Source: Chiloscyllium plagiosum (Eukaryota). From it: DNA of 64,000 nucleotides. This document shows, piece by piece, positions 56,601-64,000 of the stretch. The notes under the pieces are model-generated. The model saw only the letters and a list, made by a program, of their open reading frames with translations. It was not told the DNA's origin and did no database searches. Position 1 is the first letter of the stretch, and each line of letters starts with the position of its first letter. The DNA lies in contig NC_057748.1 of NCBI RefSeq assembly GCF_004010195.1, positions 20,938,774 to 21,002,773 on the forward strand, given 5' to 3'. Position numbers and translations under genes: made by a program.

Positions 56601-59600
56601 CCTGTGCATTCTGCAGGAAAGTGAAAAGTACCCAGAGAAGTGAAATTGAACAACAGTATGTCCTGGAAAGCAAAAGAATTATTGAAGTAAACCATCCCAG
56701 TTTATTTTTCTAACTAATGCCTTATGTACAGGGTGACTTATATAAGGGATTAGAGTTTTAACTAGTAGAGTTACATGCAACAATTCATACTTGTTTTTCT
56801 GTATCCTGGGTCTACCTATATGTAATAAATAGTAACTCCTGTTACATATAAAATTTGATATGTTTTCTATTAAGCTGGTTATCAGAGGATAACTGGAGAA
56901 TCTTTGTGCTCTTTGCTAAAATCCTTTTAAGTGCAGTGAAGCACGACAAAAAGAACTACTGCCTTGTACAGTTTAAACATCACTGAAGCATAACATTCCT
57001 ACATTTGTATTCAATTGTCTTTGCAATAAACAGTAACGTTCTATTGGCTTTCCTAATTACTTATCATATCTCCATAGGAGAACTTGTGCACTAAGACACT
57101 CAAATCCTTCTGTATGTCAGAGCTCTGCAATATCTCACTAAGTATAAAACAATTTCTTTAATATTCTTCCTGCTGAAAGACACTTCATTTTTCCACATAA
57201 TATTCTATTTGCCAGATATCTGACCACAGAACCCACTTTTGCGTCAGCAGCAAATTCAGTTACCATATCTTTGATCCCTTTATATGAATTCTGAAAGGTT
57301 AAGGCCCGAGCACTGTGGCAAAACTCATCATAAGATTGCAACAAACATGAGTGAGAGTAAAGAAAATTCCTTCCCCTCTCCACCGTGCGGTAGACCTCTT
57401 ATTTTACAGCACGCCTCTGGCTCCAGATTTCGCTAGACCTAAAGACTAACTATATAAGCCATTTGCAGCTCTTTTGTCCAGAAACAAAAAGCATAGGGAT
57501 GACCTAATTGAGGCCTTTAAATTATGAAGGGAAATATCCAACACTGAGTTTAATAATTACAGAATTTTCCCAATAGCAACTGTTAATGACAATTCTTTGT
57601 GGTATTTACACTTCCTCCAGACTCAATTATTCTTCCACGATAATGGCAGGGTGGCGAGTGTTACCAAACAAAAGAGACCTACAGGAGCAGGTTCATAGTT
57701 CCTTGATAATGGAGTCACTGGCAGACAGGATAGTGAACACAGCAATTTCTATGAAATTTGGTATACTTGTCTTTAGTGGGCGGCACGGTGGCACAGTGGT
57801 TAGCACTGCTGTCTCACAGCGCCAGAGACCCGGGTTCAATTCCCGACTCAGGCGACTGACTGTGTGGAGTTTGCACATTCTCCCCGTGTCTGCGTGGGTT
57901 TCCTCCGGGTGCTCCGGTTTCCTCCCACAGTCCAAAGATGTGCAGGTCAGGTGAATTGGCCATGCTAAATTGCCCCTAGTGTTAGGTAAAAAGGTGTAAA
58001 TGTAGGGGTATGGGTGGGTGGCGGGTCGGTGTGGACTTGTTGGGCCGAAGGGCCTGTTTCCACACTGTAAGTAATCTAATCTAATCTAATTATTGGTCAG
58101 TGTATTGAGTATGGGAATTGAGATGCCATATTGGTGAGGCCACTTTTAGAATACTGCATTCAATTCTGGTCTCCCTGCTAATAGGAAAGATGTTATTAAG
58201 CTTGAAAGGGTTCAGTGAAGATTTACAAAGAATTTGCCAAGGTTGGAGGATTTGAAGCAAAGGGAGAGGCTGGATATGCTGGGGCTATTTTCCCTGGAGT
58301 GTCATAGGCTGAGGGGTGACCTTAGAGAAGTTTACAAAATTATGAGGAGCGTAGATAGAGTGAACAGCAAAGGTATTTTGTCAGGGATATAGGAGTCCAA
58401 AACTAAAGAACACAGACTTAAAGCAAGAGGGGAAAGATTTAAAAGGGACTTAAAGGATAACTTTTTCCACGCTTGCATGGAATAACCTGCCAGAGAATGT
58501 GGTGGAGGCTAGTACATTTAAAAGGCATCTGGATGGATTTATGAATGGGAAGGGCTTGGAGGGATAGAGGCCAAATGCTGTCAAGTGGGCTAGATTAATT
58601 TTGTATATCTCGTCAGCTTGGACGAGTTGAACCAAAGGGTCTGTTTCCATGCTGTACGTCTCTGACTCTGATGTGGAGTTGCTGGTGTTGGACTGGGGTG
58701 GACAAGGTCAAAAGTCAGATGACATTAGGTTATAATCCAACAGGTTTATTTCACCTGACGAAGGGGAAATGCTCTGAAAGGTTGGACCCCACATAAACCT
58801 GTTGGACTATAACCTGGTGCCATCTGACTTCTCCAGTTCCACAGTGGAGGACAGTTCCACCACAGAAGCTACCTGGATTAAACCTCCTCCCACCCTGCCT
58901 CCTGCAAAAAAATGCTATCCCTTATTCGCAATTCCTCCGCCTCTGCTCCCAGGAGTATCAGTTCCACCACAGAACACACCAAATGGCCTCTTTCTCTAAA
59001 GACTGCAATTTCCCCTCCCATGAGGTTGATGATGCACTCCAGCGCATCTCATCCACTTCCCACACCTCTGCCCTTGGACTCCACCCCTCCAACCACAATA
59101 AGGACAGAATCCCCTAATCCTCACTTTCCGCCCCACCAACCTCTATTTATATTGCATCATCCTCCGTCATTTCCACCGCTTACAAACAGACCCCACCCAT
59201 ATATTTCCCTCCCCACCCCTACCCGCATTCTGTAAGACCTTTCCCTCCGTGACTACATCATCACACATCCATCAAAGTTTCACCTGCACTTCCACACATC
59301 ATTTACTGTATCCGTTGCTCCCGATGCAGTCTCCTCTCCATTGGAGAGTCAGAATGCCTACTCACAGGAGCGCTTCAGAGAACATCTCCAGGACACCTGC
59401 ACGAACCAACCCCACCACCCCGTGGCTGAACACTTCAACTCCCACTCCACTAAGGACATCCAAGTCCTGGGCCTCCTACATCGTCATTCCCTTACCACCC
59501 AACACCTGGAGGAAGAATGCCGCACCTTCCGTCTTGGGACCCTCCAGCCCCAGGGCATCAATGTGGATTTCACCAGTTTCCTCACTTCTCCTCCCCCACC

Positions 59601-60603
59601 TTATCCCAGTTCCAACCTTCTAGCTCAGCACCGCCCTCATGACTTGTCCCACTTGTCCATCTTCATTCCCACCTATCCACTCCACCCTCCCCAACAACCT
59701 ATCACACCCCACCTCCATCCACCTATTGCATTCTCAGCTATCTTCCGTCCCAGCCCCCTCCCATTTCTCTCTCCACCCCAGAGACTCCCAGCCTCATTCC
59801 TGATGAAGGGCTTTTGTTCAAAACGTTTTCCTGCTCCTCGGATGCTGCCTGATTTGCTGTACTTTTCCAGCACCACACTCTTTATCTCTAATCTCCAGCA
59901 TCTGCAGTCCTCACTGGCGCCTAGTCGTCTGAATTCTGTCTCTGAGTCTATGGTAATCATCTCCTTTTACCGACACCAACAACCCTCTCAATGCATTTTG
60001 GTTTCCAACCTGACATACCTTACCTTTTGTTTTCTCTCTCATTCCCTGCTTGGATTTTCATCATTAAAAAAAAACGGTTAACTTACAAATGCTGCCTAAC
60101 CTACTGATTGTTTTCAGCATTTTCTCTTTAGGTGTCAGATTCCAAGCAGTTGTAGTATTCGACATTTCTCTCATGGGCTCCATTGATTGGCTGAACCCAA
60201 ACAACCAGCGACCAGGTACTGAGGCGTCAATTGGTGGAGAGCACTGTCTATCACTGCCATTACACCAATCAGCAGGGACTAATTATGATCTATGCAGCAG
60301 TTCCGCACATCAATCGCTATCAAAGATGTCAATCATAACAGCACGCTGTCCGATTGGTTTAGAGGAGCTGTCAATCTAGCCCATACATCCGCATCTTTCC
60401 TCCACCCCCTCATACTCCCCCAGCCGGATCGCTGCGCTCACCTTGACGGGCTTGGGCAAAATAGCACCCGATTTTGACATCACCACTTTTCTAGAAGAGT
60501 TAAACTGACCCCCAGCTTTAATGTGGGGATTGAGAAGGCCCCGCGTCACCCCAGCCCGCAAGGAGCCGCCGATCCCGAGAAGAAACCGCCCGACCGCGGC
60601 CAT
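50542..60603 (-). CDS. SMDT1: Essential MCU regulator EMRE (SMDT1), 99 aa, 2 coding exons
   Basis: Exon 60442-60603 (Arg-rich mitochondrial presequence ... [12 protein letters not shown]) joined in phase 0 to exon 50542-50679 ([45 protein letters not shown]); single transmembrane helix and poly-Asp tail. Confidence 0.95.
50926..51210 (-). mobile_element. V-SINE (HE1-like) copy
   Basis: (GATTA)n tail, core and tRNA-like head in reverse. Confidence 0.8.
52920..54370 (-). mobile_element. 5'-truncated CR1-clade LINE with 3' end
   Basis: [41 protein letters not shown]. Confidence 0.88.
57778..58090 (+). mobile_element. Near full-length tRNA-derived V-SINE (HE1-like) with (TAATC)n tail, nested in a CR1 fragment
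   Basis: Pol III A box (TGGCACAGTGG) and B box (GGTTCAATTCCC); V-domain core TGTGTGGAGTTTGCACATTCTCCCCGTGTCTGCGTGGG; CR1-like 3' tail. Confidence 0.88.
58880..59920 (+). mobile_element. Penelope-like element 3' remnant (GIY-YIG) ending in a hammerhead-bearing terminal repeat
   Basis: FTCTS / [18 protein letters not shown] / RFREHL / PVAEHFNS / [10 protein letters not shown], followed by CTGATGAAGGGC at 59800. Confidence 0.8.
60442..60603 (-). CDS. SMDT1: SMDT1 exon 1
   Basis: aagATGG Kozak; AAG|gtgagc donor on the minus strand. Confidence 0.93.
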
Positions 60604-60710
60604 CTTGGTGGGAGGATGATTGTGACGTCACCGGATTTTCAATGAGGCTGGTGACCTTTAACCGCGGTTGGCTGGTTTCCATGGCACCCGGTTACCATGG
60701 TGCCAGCATC
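60596..60710. promoter_or_regulatory. SMDT1 CpG-island promoter with YY1-type site, full CRE and two RFX X-box-like motifs
   Basis: AAGATGGCCGC on the minus strand at the ATG; TGACGTCA at 60623-60630; GTTTCCATGGCACC at 60675-60688; GTTACCATGGTGCC at 60691-60704. Confidence 0.6.
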
Positions 60711-61638
60711 AACACTATCCACAACAAGAAGCCCTCAGAGGCCTCCAAAGCAATTGTCCTGAATGGGTAGGGTTGTGCATATGTCCACCTTTTCTTGGGT
60801 AAAGGCTGAGTTAGGACAAGGCCTCACTGGATGGTGAACATGCTTGAGGGCTTGATTGCCCAGGAGGGACTGAATGGCCTGCTTTTGTCTTCAAAAGCTA
60901 GTGCTTCCAAATAAACCTGTTAGACTATAACCTGGTGTTGTGTGATTTTTAACTTTACTTTTGTTGTGCAACTTTTGTACAATCTGTGGGACCCTGTGAA
61001 TCTGGACAGGGTCAACGGTTGCATCACTTCCTTCTAGAATCATAGTGTCAACATAGTTGTGTGAAAGAATAATACTTGACAAATTTCTTTTAGAATCCTG
61101 TGAGAATATAACAGGAAACCTGGACAGATTAAGAGACTGGATAATAAAATATAAAGGTTTATAAAATCATGAGGAGCATGACAAAGTCTTTTCCCTGGAA
61201 TGGGGGAGTTCAAAACTAGAGGGCATAGGTTTAAGGTGAGAGGGGAGAGATTTAAAAGGGACCTAAGGGGCAACTTTTTCATGCATTATTGGAATGAGCT
61301 ACCAGAGGAAGTTGGAGGCTGGTACAATTACAACATTTAAAAGGCATCTGGATGGGTATATGAATAGGAAGGATTTAGAGGGATACAGGCCAAATGCTGG
61401 TAAATGGGACTAGGTTTATTTGGGATATCTGGTTGACATGGACTTAAGGGTCTGTTACTGTGCTGTATATCTCTATGACTCTACAACTAATTCAAATTTG
61501 GAAGGGAGAAACCTAGTTTAGTGATTTTTCTAAAAATCCATCTGATTCACTAACTTCCTTGAGGGATGGAAATCTCCTGTCCTTACTGGATCTGGCCAAC
61601 CTTTGACTCCAGACCAATATAATATGGTTGACTCTAGG

Positions 61639-62370
61639 TGTGAGAAATAAAACTCACAGTATAATAAATTTCAGTCTGTTAGAAACAAATTTAATAAAAT
61701 TTAGGCGAGACCACCAAAACTGGAAACAAGACAATTTATTCTACAATCTTGCAAGAAAGGGCATCAAATGTAGAAGCAATTGAGCATATTAGAACTCAGG
61801 TTAGTGTACAGTTATACCCTTTGAGCTGAGTGAGGTTATCTCTCCAGACTCCTAATTACCCAATCTCTCTTACTATGCCATACCACTGCCCAGCTGCACT
61901 CCACCCTTATTACTTCCCCCTTCCCCAGGTTGGCCACCTTCCTCTCTGTAAGTGCTGACACACACATTATTTTGTCGACAATACATCAAGATTTGGTTTA
62001 ACATTTTGTATCAATTCTGCTGGTATATTCCATCCTTGGACATTTCATTAACTTGTATCATTTTGTATAGCCCAAGCATTTCGGTTATCTCAGCTTTTTG
62101 CTGAAAACATAATTTTTTTAAAAGAACTTATTTGCTATAATAATTACACACCACAATTATACACTGAAAAGTAGAGATACTCTTCCCTAAATACCTGCAG
62201 AGTTAATAGTTCTCTTGCTGTACCCCTTTTCTGTGTGCTTTTTCTATATCTGCAAAAACAACACTTTTCCCCATTTCTAACAACTCCCCCATTTCTTTTC
62301 TTTTACCATTTGCTGTTTTTGCAATTTTTATTTTCTGCCCTCTTTTCACCCTAAGGTGGAGAGGTTCACA
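61639..62370 (-). repeat. Probable 3' LTR of the ERV (about 730 bp)
   Basis: Termini TGTGA...TCACA; purine-rich tract immediately upstream on the minus strand (62371-62405); minus-strand AATAAA at 61735-61740; abruptly interrupts an older SINE at 61638. Confidence 0.65.
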
Positions 62371-63745
62371 ATCTTGCCGTTTCTGCTCTCCTAAGCCTTT
62401 TTTTTCATACTCTAGGAGTAATCTATTTCTCTCTCTTTCTTGTGCGCTTACTTTTGTCATGACCATCATTGATTGTTGTCCTCCTAAGGACATTATCAAC
62501 TTACTCATGATCCTCTTTAACACATTAAATCCTATTATTAAACTTACTATTATCAGAAATACATAAATGCCTAAATTAGCTAACCATTTTCCCAACCGGT
62601 CAGTCCCCATTTCTCATCTTTTTGAAGTTTATCCTCAATTTCTTTTATATTCTTTATCTTTTTCTTTACTATTTCTGCCTTATCTCCCACTAGGGAAGAG
62701 GCGTCTGGGGTGAAGATGCAGCATTCCTTACCAATCAGTGCACAGGTTCCCCCTTTTTTGGCCAAGAGATAGTCTAGAGCCATTCGATTCTGTAAGGCTG
62801 TTAGTCTTGTGGCAATCATTTCGGTGGCTATGCCCGATATTTGGGACTGAGTTTCTCCCATTACGTCGGCGGTATTATTAATTAATTTCTCAAGGGCAGC
62901 CGCCAGTTTATGTATCTCTACCCCTGCCCTTGCAGTGCCGTAGTTTGGGAATAGTGTCCACAACAGACGGTCAGAGACTTTTCGGGCCTTACGTCTTATT
63001 CCCTCTCCTTTCTCAGGTTGTGCTCATGTTTTTCTAATCAGAGATGAGGAACTATATAAGCGAGGTAACAGCAGCCACTCCAGCCTTTCTGGCTTTGAGG
63101 CAGTGATTCATCAACATCAAAACATGCATTTATTCCTATACATTCGGTTACTCAAACATATTTTTCCCCGGGAATAAATGGATAGGCCTTCTGGCCGCAT
63201 ACCCAATATGTTCCGTTCAATATTCGGTGAATGGTTGTGGCAGTGGCTTGGCTGGTGTAAACACAAGATGATTTTCCTAATTGGAAGGGTGCGGCGTCAT
63301 TCTGATTACAAAAACAGGTGGTATTCACTGCTCCTTTCGGTGAGGAAATTATAAGGCCACCGATAATTCCCTGGGTTTTTCAGGCTCGTCTAGGGAACCA
63401 TCCCGCAAAGTTATATTTACCCCTGTCAGATTTCCACTTTGTATCATTTGAGCCCGAGTCAAATTGTTGTACATCGTATGCTTCCTTTTTGGTGACCGGT
63501 ATTACCGAGGTGGGGATTCCAGATTCCCCATGGTGTGGGACCTCTGCACAGACCCAAAAGTCGGCAAGTCCCTCTTGTTTAGCATAATTCTGGCACAGCG
63601 TAGTGAAGTGATTTTTCTTGCTTCCTTGAACAGTTAGTACTACTAACATTACAATACTATACCAGTATCTACCTATCTCTGAACCCTGCCTACCGTCCTG
63701 TCTTAACCTTTTAGGTGTCCACACAGCCCTTACAATTAATAACAA
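62371..63745 (-). pseudogene. env: ERV envelope gene with stops and frameshifts
   Basis: SU: NHFTTLCQNYA...DFWVC, NGTYWVCGQKAY, WSGCCYLAYIVP; basic cleavage region RRKAR; TM: immunosuppressive motif LQNRMALDYLLAKKGGTC and CX6CC (CALIGKECC); membrane anchor WLANLGIYVFLIIVSLIIGF in a shifted frame. Confidence 0.85.
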
Positions 63746-63784
63746 TATATATCAACAAACGTTAAAAGAGTCTTTTGTCTCAGT

Positions 63785-64000
63785 TCATTCTTTCCTTCTC
63801 AGCTTAACTTTCAGAGGGTTGTCTGTAGGATGAGCATGCCACTCTGCCGTTGGGGCGTTCACAGGACCTTTAACGCGAGTGTGATGACTCCACCCTTTCT
63901 CAGCAGTCCGAATAGCTGTTTCAGTAATCAGGAGGGTTAGGAATGGTCCCTCCCAACTTGGGTGGAGTTTGGTATCTTTCCAGGTCTTGATCAGGAACCA
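63785..64000 (-). CDS. pol: ERV pol C-terminus (integrase GPY/F domain), partial
   Basis: Hand translation: WFLIKTWKDTKLHPSWEGPFLTLLITETAIRTAEKGWSHHTRVKGP...DNPLKVKLRRKE*. Confidence 0.85.
   Translation of the reverse strand, partial: WFLIKTWKDTKLHPSWEGPFLTLLITETAIRTAEKGWSHHTRVKGPVNAPTAEWHAHPTDNPLKVKLRRKE

Larger units (their letters stand above)
61639..64000 (-). mobile_element. Class I (gamma/epsilon-like) endogenous retrovirus, 3' portion: pol end, env and 3' LTR; continues beyond the window
   Basis: Integrase GPF C-terminal domain, gamma-type env motifs and TGTGA...TCACA LTR ends in the expected order. Confidence 0.88.

Noticed and set aside
57778-57850. tRNA-like sequences with A and B boxes (also at 5441, 7710 and elsewhere)
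   Set aside because: These are heads of tRNA-derived SINEs, continuous with the SINE core and tail, not tRNA genes.
59341-60081. 246-aa ORF as a novel gene
   Set aside because: It is a read-through of a decayed Penelope-like GIY-YIG end and its terminal repeat.
62203-62610. 135-aa ORF as a separate retroviral accessory gene
   Set aside because: It is the frameshifted env membrane anchor and tail running on into the LTR.

Overview
Eukaryotic vertebrate genomic DNA, most likely from a shark or other cartilaginous fish. This is inferred from HE1/V-SINE-like SINEs with (TAATC)n tails and dense CR1-clade LINE debris. Three conserved intron-containing genes were read exon by exon. MCM5 (+) has 15 coding exons at 290-19043, with its 5' end outside the window. 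NDUFA6 (+) has 3 exons at 30907-38735 (128 aa). SMDT1/EMRE (-) has coding exons at 60442-60603 and 50542-50679 (99 aa) and is convergent with NDUFA6. Between MCM5 and NDUFA6 lies a phase-consistent multi-exon ORF that I cannot assign to a family (21510-25606, about 192 aa); it may be a decaying gene. The window ends in the 3' part of a class I (gamma-type env) endogenous retrovirus on the minus strand: integrase C-terminus, disrupted env and a 3' LTR, about 1 kb upstream of the SMDT1 start codon. Introns and intergenic DNA hold CR1 LINE fragments, SINEs, TA-targeting MITEs and Penelope-like remnants. Many short Penelope-derived inserts carry minimal hammerhead-ribozyme motifs (two families), often as fold-back inverted pairs with 12-18 bp target-site duplications (TSDs). 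There is one assembly gap (44300-45095). All calls are by manual reading; no searches were run.
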